Position numbers and translations under genes: made by a program. DNA of 64,000 nt from assembly GCF_026210795.1 (NCBI RefSeq), contig NC_089435.1, positions 2,914,001-2,978,000 of the forward strand. The letters are read 5' to 3'. The notes under the pieces are model-generated. The model was not told where the DNA came from, did not search any database, and saw only the letters and a list, made by a program, of their open reading frames with translations. This stretch comes from Rhizophagus irregularis. Taxonomy: Eukaryota. This document shows positions 42,201 to 54,709 of this stretch, in pieces; the stretch's first letter is position 1; the number at the start of each line of letters is the position of its first letter.

Positions 42201-43836
42201 TGCAGCAGATGCGCAATATCAACTTGGATATTGTTATGATAAAGGAATTGGAACTGAAGTTAATGAAATAAAAGCATTTGAATTATATAAAATATTAGCT
42301 GAAAAAAACCATTTAGATGCTCAATATCAACTTGGACATTGTTATGATAAAGGAATTGGAACTGAAGTTAATAGAACAAAAGCATTTAACTTATATAAAA
42401 TAGCAGCAGATCAAGGACATTTAGATGCTCAATATCAACTTGGATATTGTTATGATAAAGGAATTGGAACTGAAATTAATAGAACAAAAGCATTTGGCTT
42501 ATTTAAAATAGCAGCAGATCAAGGACGTTTGGATGCTCACTATCAACTTGGATATTGTTATTATAATGGAATTGGAACTGAAGCTAATATAATAAAAGCA
42601 TTTGAATTATATAAAATAGCAGCAAAAAAAGGTCATTTAGATGCTCAATATCAACTTGGATATTGTTATGATAAAGGAATTGGAACTGAAGTTAATAAAA
42701 TAAAAGCATTTAAATTATTTAAAATAGCAGCAAAAAAAGGCCACTTAGATGCTCAATATCAACTTGGATATTGTTATGTCAAAGGAATCGGAACTGAAGT
42801 TAATAAAATAAAAGCATTTAAATTATTTAAAATAGCTGTAGAAAAAGGCCATTTAGATGCTCAATATCAACTTGGATATTGTTATGATAAAGGAATAGGA
42901 ACTGAAGCTAATGAAATAAAAGCATTTGAATTGTATAAAATTGCAGCAGAAAAAGGCCATTTATATGCTCAATATCAACTTGGATATTGTTATGATAAAG
43001 GAATTGGAACTAAAGTTAACGAAACAAAAGCATTTGATTTATATAAAATATTAGCTGAAAAAAACCATTTAGGTGCTCAATATCAACTTGGACATTGTTA
43101 TGATAAAGGAATTGGAACTGAAGTTAATAGAACAAAAGCATTTAACTTATATAAAATAGCAGCAGATCAAGGACATTTAGATGCTCAATATCAACTTGGA
43201 TATTGTTATGATAAAGGAATTGGAACTGAAGCTAATAGAACAAAAGCATTTGGCTTATATAAAATAGCAGCAGATCAAGGACATTTAGATGCTCACTATC
43301 AACTCGGATATTGTTATTATAATGGAATTGGAACTACAGCTAATAGAACAAAAGCATTTGGCTTATATAAAATAGCAGCAGATCAAGGACATTTAGATGC
43401 TCACTATCAACTTGGATATTGTTATTATAATGGAATTGGAACTACAGTTAATGAAGTAAAAGCACTTGAATTATGTAAAATAGCGGCAGAAAAAGGCCAT
43501 TTCGATGCGCTTACACTGTATTTTTATTATAGAGGAATTGAAATTGAAAACGATTTTGAATATAAAATAGCTGCAGATCAAGATATGCAGTATGAACTTG
43601 GATGTCTTTATAATTTTGGGACTGGAAATAAAGTTAACGAAACAAGAGCATTTCAATTATATAAATTAGCAGCCGAAAAAGGGAATATTTTTGCACAAAA
43701 TAACCTTGGATTTTTGTATGAAAATGGTAAAGGTACAAAAAAAGATCTAGAAAAAGCTACCTATTGGTATAGAAAATCTGCAGAAAATGGAAATAAGTTG
43801 GCACAGCATAATTTGGAAATTTGTAATAGGAATTGA
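39287..43836 (+). CDS. TKL-like kinase with C-terminal Sel1 repeats; exons 39287-39529, 39601-39673, 39752-39918, 40002-40332, 40403-43836
   Basis: GSGLYG, ALK, HRDL|HADN, DFG, KSDVYS motifs join in frame; first intron is GC-AG; more than 20 Sel1 repeats follow. Confidence 0.9.
40552..40632 (+). repeat. 18-bp coding minisatellite (INDDPD units)
   Basis: ATAAATGATGATCCAGAT-like unit repeated about 4.5 times. Confidence 0.85.
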
Positions 43837-44240
43837 AAGACATATAGTTGAATTATTTAAATAAAAAACTTTTCATGGATAGATAAAATATACTAAATAT
43901 AAAACTGGGAGATTTCAATTTTAGTGGTTCATTTGGTTCAGTATCAAGTTTAAACCACAGGCTCAATAAAATAATACTAAAAAATCTTAATTATAACTTC
44001 ATTTAATAATATCCTTTAATTTGCATAATTTTTTCATACAGTAACAATGCCAAGTAACTCTTATGCAATATAAAAAATCACATAATCAACGCATAAAATC
44101 AAATGTGCTGATAATTCAAAAACGACCATACAAATACTAAATCATAATTTTTAATGTATTCACAAGATAAAAATTTGCTTTTTGTTAGTCCTTTTTATAT
44201 ATGGTTAAGCATCAGTCTTGAAGCAAATTGAACTAGTAAA

Positions 44241-44322
44241 TAGGGATTGGAACCGTCCAAAAAAACCTTACCCGGTTAAAAACCGGTTAATCGGAACGTT
44301 TAACCGGATAATAATCGGTTAA
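44241..44322. mobile_element. Left end of a second member of the hAT family seen at 36428
   Basis: TAGGGATTGGAACCGTCCAAAAAAACCTTA..CCGGTTAAAAACCGGTTAA is nearly identical to 36428-36479; no matching right TIR found by eye. Confidence 0.75.
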
Positions 44323-45556
44323 AGATATAAGTTTTACGTTTAACGCGTTATTTTGCCCATTTGAATATTTGATAAATCTATCGCAATTTTACTCTTAAAA
44401 TTATGCATCATTTATGATAAAAACACATTTTTAACTTTATTTATAAATATTTGATAAATTGTAAAGTGTAAACACATAATTTAATGTAAATATAAATACT
44501 AGTAAAAATGATAAAATTGAAATAACGAAAACGATTGGTTGTTCTTAACCTATTTTCTCTAAAAAGACTTTATAGATAACATTTCAAGTACTTAATTATG
44601 ATATTTATTTACTTATTAGTGCTAGCAACTTAAATACTTTGAATTTCTTTTAATAAAAAGAAGATTGTTGTCTTGATGACTCAGATTAAGATTCTTATAC
44701 TATGTCTCTATAGTCAATATCATCCATGTTGTATGAAAAATAAAAAAAAAATAACTTAAAAACAAAATTTCGTAAAAAATTGAGCAATAAAAAAGTTTCA
44801 ATCAGTTTATTTTTTTAGCTAGCTATTAGCCAATATAGGAATATCGGAAGTGCTGAATTAAAAAAATTATCTGATATAACAATCTTCATATTTAACCTAG
44901 GGATTTAGATATATGACTAATTTAATCGTAGATGCCATCAATTATAACATTAAATAAATAAATAAATATATATATAACATTTATAACTATATATACCGTA
45001 CATAATATATTCTAGTGTATAAAGCGTTATTAAAAGCTATTTTCTCTAGCCATTTAATTGTAATTATAAGTAATAATAACAATTTAGAGACTAATCTATC
45101 TATATAATTAAAAAAATTGTGTTTGTGTGACTAACGTTTAGATTAACCTATATAAATAATCTTTGAATTGTCCAACGTTTTCTTATAGACATACAATATT
45201 AATTACTAATATTGTGTAACATTTAATATGATCTATTAATGTGTTTGCGCCTGATCTATGCTTACCACTTGATCGGCAAATTCATTCTAATTACTAATGT
45301 GCAGGAAAAGGAAATTTGTATAATTCTGGCCGGAATTATACCTTCGCAATTTTCTCCCAAAATTAAAATGACCCCCCCCCCACGTTATAAATTCTTTAGC
45401 AAAGATCTAAATTTGATAAACGTGAGATCAAAAATGATGATCAATCAATTTATACAATCCGATGCGAAGCAACGGGCTACTGCTAGTATACCAATTAAAA
45501 AAATATTCTGGTATTTTCTTTTTTTCGGTTACCACAATTTTTCATTATATTAACAA

Positions 45557-45851
45557 CCCTATAAAAAAAGAAAATTCGGAATTTGTCCTGAAAAGTATGG
45601 AAAATGTCCGGAAATTTTCCGTGCGTCCGGAAAACATTTGGAAACGGTCACATTTTGGAACACTTTCCGGACGCACAAATTCCAGACATTTTCTTGACAC
45701 TCCAGAATTTGTCCAGAATTTGTCCAGAATCGAGCGTCCGGAAAATGTTCCAAAACATGACCGTTTCTGAATGTTTTCCGGACGCACGGAAAATTTCTGG
45801 ACATTTTCCATACTTTTCAGGACAAATTCCGAATTTTCTTTTTTTATAGGG
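45557..45851. mobile_element. 295-bp near-perfect foldback MITE
   Basis: Begins CCCTATAAAAAAAGAAAATTCGGAATTTGTCCTGAAAAGTATGGAAAATGTCC and ends with its reverse complement; CAA on both flanks (3-bp TSD). Confidence 0.9.
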
Positions 45852-46036
45852 CAATGTCATCATCCTAATTATGTAAATTGCGAAATCGAAAAAAAAATGA
45901 ATGATTTAGTTACGCTTGTATGATAATAATATTAACAATCATCTTGAAAACATAAATTCTTCATTTTCACTTGACTACTTTCTTTGATTAGAAGATACAT
46001 TTAAGAAAAAATTATTTTATTAACGATTGTTCTTTA

Positions 46037-46184
46037 TATTCAGACCTCGATATACTAATATTCGATATACCCGATATATATTAAAAAACTTGATACAACG
46101 ATAAAATTTTACTTCCCATTGTATATGTGAGAGAACATATAAATATCGATATTTTTCACATATCGTTATATCGGAGTTTGACTG
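46037..46184. mobile_element. Degenerate Tc1/mariner (pogo-like) MITE
   Basis: Right-end reverse complement CAGTCAAACTCCGATATAACGATAT followed by TA; decayed left end TA|TATTCAGACCTCGATATA. Confidence 0.55.
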
Positions 46185-47297
46185 TATTATATTGTGATTA
46201 GAGATTAGAAAATATGTAAAGTATCATATTTTTATTAATTTATCAAAAATTGACATTTTAAACTTCAATAACCTTGAAGTCTTTTCGTTAATTTTTTCCA
46301 AATTTCATGTTAATATATATATATCTGATAATATAACAATAGAAATAAATTTAGAATAATAAATTCAATAAAGGACATGACAAAATGAAAAATTATCAAT
46401 TAATTATTGTCTCGCTACAACTTTTACTAATCAAATTGTACAAACTATTTTGGAAAGATTGTGGCGTAAGTATTATAGAACATTACATTACTTAATTTTT
46501 GAAGTCAATTAATCTAAAAAAAAAGGACTTTTTTAATTTAATTATACATTTATAAAATAATCAAATAATGTAACCGTCTTTTCCCGTTACTTGTTTTTAC
46601 CAAATTCCTTTAGACTATCACGAATTTCTTTGTTTCTCTCTCATACAATTTATCGTTTATTATTATTAATAATAATATCTGCTTAACGTACAGTAAATTT
46701 ATTACACGCGTTTCACGAAGCCTGTATTTTTACGTGTACAGTACATCGAATGTAATTTCCTTTTGCCTGAGTAATTTTGACGATGATCATAAAAAATGGA
46801 AAGTGACATTAAAATGCCCGTTTGAGGAAGTTATCGGATCACGAAGAATCTATAATAATATCTTCTTGCAGACGTAAAATAAATTTTTACATACAACAAT
46901 AAATAATTTAATCATTAACATTATTTTTATGATAATAATTATCTTTAAATTGTGATTTCATTCGCTAAAATTCTCATTTTCATATACAACTGCGGAATTT
47001 TGGTAGTTTTGTAGTACAACGAACGAATAAGCATACGTCAGCTTGAGTTAATCAGAATCAGTGTTACCGACTAAACAATTGGAAATTTTGCTAATGAAGT
47101 TGTACTGAACACATTTTAATTGACATACGCACGTGCATATTACACTTTTATCAAAATTCCAATTTCATCAACCATTGTATCCAAGTTTTGCCGATCAATG
47201 AAAATCATTTAAAAATATTTCATTTGTAAAAATTCGATTGTTCTTTTTAATTTTATTAATCATAATCATAATCATAAAAACAACAACAGTAATAATA

Positions 47298-50200
47298 ATG
47301 TTAACCGATATCGAATATAAAGACTCAAGTTGTGATAGTATTTATTGGTTGGAAAAATCAATCGAAGAAGGATATTTCAAATATTATGATTATAAAGAGT
47401 TTAAAAGTTTACAACCAATAGGAAGAGGTTCCTTCGGAAACGTGGTTCGTGCTACTTGGAAAAGTGATACTACTCTAGCTCTGAAATCTTTTAATAATGA
47501 TAAAATAACTCTTAAAGAAGTTGTTAATGAGGTAATATTAGAATTTGAAGCATTATTTTTTTTAAAAAAAATAATAAATATATTGAATGTATTTTATATG
47601 GAGCAGCTAAGGCTACAACGAGACGTTGATTATCACGAAAATATTTTACAATTTCGTGGAATTACAAAATATGAAGCCGGTAAGAATAATAATGTCAAAT
47701 AATATCAACTTTTTATTTAGGCCTTCCAACTTAATTGTTTGGACGGTTTAAAGGAGTTTAATAAAGTTTCGGAAAGTTTCGGAAAATCAGAATTTTTAGG
47801 GGGCAATTTATAAAATGAATAGGAAACGGCCGGAAACGTTAAAAGAATTTGAATCAAAGTATTTATATATATTTTAAAAAAAATTTTTTTTTTTCTTTTT
47901 TTCATTCTTTCATTTTCAGATGCAATACATCAAATGAAAAAATATATGTTAGTTTTGGAATATGCTGATAGTGGCACACTAAATAATTATTTGAAGGAAA
48001 ATTTTGATGAACTTAATTGGACTCACAAATATGAGTTGGCACAACAATTGGCAAGCGCAGTAACATGTATACATGATGAAGGAATTATTCATCGTGATTT
48101 GGTAAAAAATAGAATTCTTATTTTATTTTCTTAACAATTTTTGAAAAAATTTCTAATTATTTTTTATTTTTTATTTTTATTATATTAGCATGCAGACAAT
48201 ATTCTTGTACATAGAAAAAACATCAAGCTAGCTGACTTTGGTTTATCAAGAAAAATTGCCGAAGCGTCAAGTAGCGCAAGAATATTTGGTATAATACCTT
48301 ATGTAGATCCGAAAATTTTTAACAACAATCCCAATAATAACGATAATTGTAAAAGATATAAATTAAATAAGAAATCCGATGTATATAGTATTGGAATTCT
48401 TATGTGGCAAATTTCCAGCGGACATAAACCATTTTATAATGAAGACTCAAAATATGATATAACATTAGCTTTGGCTATCGTAAATGGGAAAAGAGAGAAA
48501 ACTATTGGTGGTACATCTCCTGAATATAGTAATTTATATAAAGGTAATATATACATAAATATATGTACCCCTAACTATTTATATATACTAAACACGCTGG
48601 CAATTAAATTACTTTTATTTAAATAGAATGCTGGAAATACGAACCAGGGGAACGTCCAACGATAAAAGAAGTTGCTTCAACTCTTAAAAAAATTTATTGC
48701 CCTGTAAAAAGTGATATTAATAATAATAGCGATAATAATAAATATTTGTGTGTAAAAGATAAGTCAGATTTAAAATCAAGCAAAGTAAGTATAGAAGATT
48801 TAAATAGAGATTTAGAAATACCGGTATATTCAAATATTATTCAAAAGATTAAGCCCAAGGATGATTTAAGTTCACAAATTAAAAGATCCACTCAATTAAA
48901 TATGATGAGTTTAAATAATAATCATCTCTCTGATGAAGGAGAAAAAAATAAAATTAAAGCTTTTGAATGTCAAAACAAGTCGGCTGATGACGAATATCTA
49001 GCAAACCAATTTAGGCTTGAATATTGTCGGAAAGAAGCAACATTTAAAACTTATAAGGAAGATATACTTCAAAATAATTTTGAAAAAGATAATGATACCG
49101 AGAAGAATTTAGAAAAACGTTATAAACCAACAGAAAATGGAAGTAAAGTTGTGCAATATAATTTGATTCATTATTATGAAAAGGATACCGAAAAAGATGA
49201 AAAGAAAGATTATAAAAATGGAAATTTGAATTTTCAATTTAAACTTGGATGTTATGATGAAGAAATTGAAACCGAAGTAATTATCAGTTGAATTAATTTT
49301 TTTTTTAATGTGCTGTACTTTCGAATTCTTTTTGAATCTTTTACATTTTTTTCAAAATTATTTAGATTCTCTTATCAAACGAGCCATGTTCGCTTGGTGA
49401 AGAAAAAAACACAATCTACGTTTGCAACGAAGTCGCAAGTAAAGTACAAGCTTTACGTAATAATATTGCCTGCTTAACACATAATGGATTTGCAGAAATC
49501 AACGATGACCTCATAAGTGGCCCATTCAAATCTTTGAGCGACCTTTTAGAAACAAATCAAGATGTATTGAGTTGTAAGAAGATGGCCGAATTTTTTGTAA
49601 ATTATGTTGATTGCATCACTTCGTGGATTCAACCTAAATTGGATATTTTGAAAGGTAATCTTAACGAAGTAGATTTAGAAGAATTATCGAAAGCTAACAT
49701 TTACGATCTTATCGAAGAATTTGAAGCTGTAGAAGTTGCCAGTAACAATGCCTTTGGTTTTGCCAAAACATTAGCAAATAAATTAATCGGGGAAGTGATA
49801 AATGAAATTGAACAAGATTGCGATGACAATGAAGATATCAAGGCTGATCCTGAACTTATCCATGTTAAACAGCGAGAGACTAACTCATTATGGGAAGGAT
49901 TACATAAAGTAAAATCCGATTTGGAACAAACTCTTCAAGCTATTGATTTTAAGAAAAAGGTTAATGAAGTTTTAAATGATGTTAATGATATATCTAACAA
50001 AATATCGAATGCTTTGGTCAAAGACGTTACTTATAATGATATGGAGAATTGGCGAATTAAATTAAATCATTTTGAACAAGGAGAACTTTTCTCTTTAACA
50101 AAACTTATCCAAAAGAATTTGAACAAAGAAAATTTTTGCGCTTTTAACGATAGAAAATCAAAGGAACTTGAAGGACTTTTGAAAAAAGTTGACGGTGTTA

Positions 50201-51891
50201 TTGAAAATCTAAAGAGATTGATGAACAATAAGATTAATGAAGCTGATGCATACCGATTATCACGAATTGATATTTATGTGAGCGATGTTAATGACTTGCA
50301 AGGTTGGATCGATGACTCTATCAAAATATTCGCAGATGCTAAACCTAAACATGGTATCTTGGTCGGAGATTCTAAAGCTCTTGATAAAAATAGTTTTAGT
50401 GAATTAACGTTATTATATGAACAGTTCACAAAAGAATTACCTAATCGTATAGATCAATTAGAAAGTACAAGAGAAAAATTTAATGATATATCATTAAAGG
50501 AAGAAATATCCGAACTAGAAGAAATACCAAACCGGAAATCAAATCTTGATCAATCATGGGACAATCTAGATTTAATTACAGGAGAATTTAAGGACTTTAT
50601 TGAAAAAATTCAGAATTGGTACCGACAACATGATGTCATATATAATATTGAAGATAGTCTTAGTGAACTGGAAGATCGAATTAACGGATTAAGTAGTATC
50701 ATAGGTTATGATAATTTAGAAGGGGAAGTAAAAGAATTAGACGATAAAATTAATATAGCTAAATTAATGCTTGATGAAGCTAAATCTAGGGCGAGTCAAA
50801 TAATTTATGATCCTGATTACTTTATTGATTTAAAGAATCATGAAAATTTTGAGCATCATTATAACAAATCAACTAAACAGCTTGATAAATTATTATCTAC
50901 GTTTCATAATGCTCTTACCACAACATACAATGCTTCATTATTAGCAGCTTTTTATGCAGATGCTAATCGCATATTAGAAAATTGTTATGAAGAAACCGTT
51001 ATGATAAAATCAAGACATGATGATCTTAAGAATAGTAGATATTATGCTCTTCATGTTGATGCTCTTGGAATAATTATAGAAAATGCTATTAATAAATATT
51101 CAAAAAGTGAAGAAAAGTTAAATAGGTATTATCAACGAGTAAATGTCTGTTTAAAAAAAGAAGTAGATAAACTTGTTGAATTAAAACTTGCCGAAACAAA
51201 AAAGAATCATATAATGTGCATTTTTAGCAAAATTACATCAACTTTAAAACAATTTTCCGATGCCGTTGCTTTGGAACATGATGAAATTGAACTTTTAAGG
51301 GCGGTTCATAATCATGCTAAAACAGCCCATGAAATCAATAATTGGATAAATTCTTGTAATCTTGCAATAATATCAAAATATTCAATCGATCAGGAAGCTT
51401 TAGAAGAAAAGATCACCAAATTTCAAAATGTCATTCATCAATTCAAAAATCAAAATCACAAAATTCTCATATCGGGAGCTGATAACGAACCGCAAGAGAC
51501 AAATCCTAAAATTGATTTTATGAGAATACAAACAAATTGTGTGGTAGAACGTTGGTATAGACTTCAAAATTTATTAGCACATTTAAGAACGAGCCTGGAT
51601 ACCTTAAAGGAAGGCCAAGAAATTTCACGCTCCATTGATCAACTTAAAGCAAGAATTTTGAATATTCCAACATATTTTACGAAATATGATATAGAAGAAC
51701 TTGATAAAGTTCAATCCGAAGTTAATTATATCATAGAACCAAAAATCAAAGCTTTAGATGAAATGATAAACGATTTAACAGAAAATGATTCAGGATACAT
51801 ACAACAGCGCTGCAGAATCGCTGAAGCGTTAATTAAACTAACAGATATAATAGACAACAAGAGAACTCAACTTTGGGAGGCACGTAATTAA
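47298..51891 (+). CDS. TKL-like kinase + eroded Sel1 linker + long spectrin-like helical rod; exons 47298-47531, 47607-47679, 47920-48101, 48189-48543, 48627-49276, 49366-51891
   Basis: Kinase motifs GRGSFG, ALK, HRDL|HADN, DFG; intron positions match the 39287 paralog. Phase-0 donor GAA|GTAATT at 49277 and acceptor TTTAG at 49365 lead without stops into the frame of the 785-aa ORF. Confidence 0.72.
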
Positions 51892-52278
51892 TTTTGATTG
51901 GTACTTTTTTTTATGATATCAGTCATTAGACATAATAAGTATTTAACTTAAAATAATTATTTGTTCGTTTTTAATTAATGATTATTTAAATTTAGTATAA
52001 TACTTTATAATTATTAATTAGATTCATCAGTTAGATGTTTATTTTAAAGCAAATTCAGGAATATGCTTGCTATCAAAGACAAGCCGATTTACAATTATAC
52101 GTCAATGTCATTTTTGATCGTCAAGCTTAAAAAATTCAAACTAGGATATTGCAAAATTTTCTTGAATAAGTTAAATTAAAATAATAATTTATAATTTTCC
52201 TATAAATATCTTAATGATTTTATAATATTCAAATAACAAATTGCGGTTTTTTGGACTAAACCACTCTATATATATTGA

Positions 52279-54709
52279 TTAATCCAATTCCTCTGGTTCG
52301 GGAATATTTCCTGTTATCTCTTCTTTGAAAGATTTTGAAATGTCAAGAATTGTTTCTAATTGCTCTGTAGTAATCATTGCATCCGGATTATTTTTCATAG
52401 CTAATGCCTAATTAAACAAAATATATGTATTAGTTACCTAGAGCAAAATCACGCATTTGTATAATAGTTATATTTACCTTCGCTAATCTTATAGCTGTTT
52501 TGATCTCTCTTCCATTTAGAGGTCGTTCTTTCAGATTGTCAATATTCACTTTACTTCTACCTTTTCCTTCAACGCGATCTAAGAATGTACGCCATATTTT
52601 TTCACGTGCTACGTATATAAAAGATCATGATTAGTTTGGAGTAGTATTTTATTTCGTAGTAAAAATTTATCATACCATCAGAATCTAATTCGTCATATTT
52701 CAAGGCGATCGAAATTCGAGATTGGAAAGCGGCGTCAAAACATTTTACTTTAAAAGAAAAATAAAAATTTAATAACCGATAACATTTCAGAAAAAAAAAA
52801 TATCTTACAAATATTCCTTACCTCGATTTGTTGTCAAGAACAAAATCCCTTGATGGTATTCAAGTAACCTTAAAAATATACTAACAAGAGCATTACGTTT
52901 AGCATCATGATCACTTCGACGTTCAAGAAAGATATCAGCTAAAGTTAATAAATGACATGAAATAATTAGTTAAAAAAACTGATCGAAAATTACATCATAT
53001 AATAACATATTTACCTTCATCAATTAAAATGACAGCATTCCAAATATTTGCCACATCAAGAATTTCGTTTAATTTCTTTTCTAATTCAGTTGCAGTTGCT
53101 CCTAATTCTCCAACACTAACGGAATGTAACGGGCGATGAAGGGATTCGGAAATTGCTTCAGCAGTTAATGTTTTGCCAACTATTAAAAATATCATGGTTA
53201 AATTTATGTAATCATTTCATAGCCGCATAATAGCTTAAATTTACACACCTCCAGGGGGTCCGTGTAACAAAAAGATACAACCGCCACCTTTACCGCTGAT
53301 AATATCCAATCCTTTATGATCAGATTTGACAAGACTAGAAATCAGTTCTTTTTTGATTGGGTCCATAACAAGTTGATCGAATGCGTCATCATCAAATGTT
53401 ATATCTAAAATTTTGGGAAATCGTTAAGATACAAACTACAAAACATAAAACATAAATTTTTTTTTTTTTAAAGAAAGAACATATATATAAAATACCGCTT
53501 AATTCATCAATATATATTTGACCCCATTTCTTTGACGCAAAACTAAATCCATAAACTGAAGGTGCACACATGAAAAGTTCTTCCTCTTTAACCGATTTTC
53601 GGTCAACTTTTTTTCTGGTATCCATGCCATAACCCGGATTGATCTTAAAAAATGAGACTGTATCAACCATAAGGCGGCCTTCACTTTTAAAATGGATGGT
53701 GCCGCACATATATTTGCGAAACAAACTTCCAGTATAATAAAGATAATGTGGACCGATCGCATATTTTACGAATTTTCTTCCCCTTGCTACCAGTTCATCG
53801 TGAGTTGAATCTGACAGTGGAGCAACAGGGAGCTCATCGATATCACAAGCACCTTCCCAATCATCAATAACAAATATTTTCAATCCACTATAAAACGTAA
53901 CGCCATCTAAAAGTTATAAGTTAATTGAGATGCATAATCTTTTAATTATACCATCAAAAGAAATCAAATTATACAAACCTGAATCGATTACTTCAGCTTT
54001 AACGCTCATATGATTTCCCATAAAATCACTATAATATGATGCTTGAATTACTTTTGCCCCAACTGTACGTTGATGCCAAACAGCGCGTACGTGTTGACCT
54101 TAAAATATGAAATATATTTATGAATATAATGTAATGCTATTTATGATGATATTAGCAAAAAGTCAAATACCTCTTGGAAATAGATAGAATAGATTGTTGA
54201 ATGTAATAATATTCTAAAGAGAAGAGATTAGAGAAATTGTAAAGAAAACGAATGAGTATTTTAGATATATAATGAATTTTTAAGCTTACGTTATCAGTCA
54301 TTTTTTTGATTTGATAAATTTTTGATTCATATTCACTTTCGATCCAATCAACTAATGATTTCAATTTGTTTGACCTATTAAATTTTTTAGGGGTGTTGTC
54401 TTTAGAATCAGAAACGCCTTTAACAGCATTTTGAAGTATAGGTAAAATAGAAAACAATTCATGTGCTGGAATCTATAATATTCAACATAAAAAAAATTTA
54501 GTAAAAAAATTTTTATGTTATTTTGTTTATAAAATATATACAACCTTGGGGTTGATTTCAAACGCATTTTCACTTTTCAAATATTTTTGGACGATCATTG
54601 TAAGTTCAGGATCCGATAAAAAAACAGATACATCTGCACCATCATCACTACGTTCTATTCTGAAGGTTTCAGGTTCTTTGTCATTGCCATTTGTTAATAA
54701 AGAATCCAT
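52279..54709 (-). CDS. Fungal AAA+ family P-loop ATPase, multi-exon
   Basis: GKGGGCIFLLHGPPG|VGKTLTAEAISE (Walker A split by an intron), VILIDE|ADIFLERR (Walker B), LEYHQGILFLTTNR, DAAFQSRI, LNGREIK; stop at 52279-52281. Confidence 0.9.

Noticed and set aside
45462..45863. Overlapping 70-100 aa ORFs on both strands
   Set aside because: Mirror-image products of the 295-bp palindrome.
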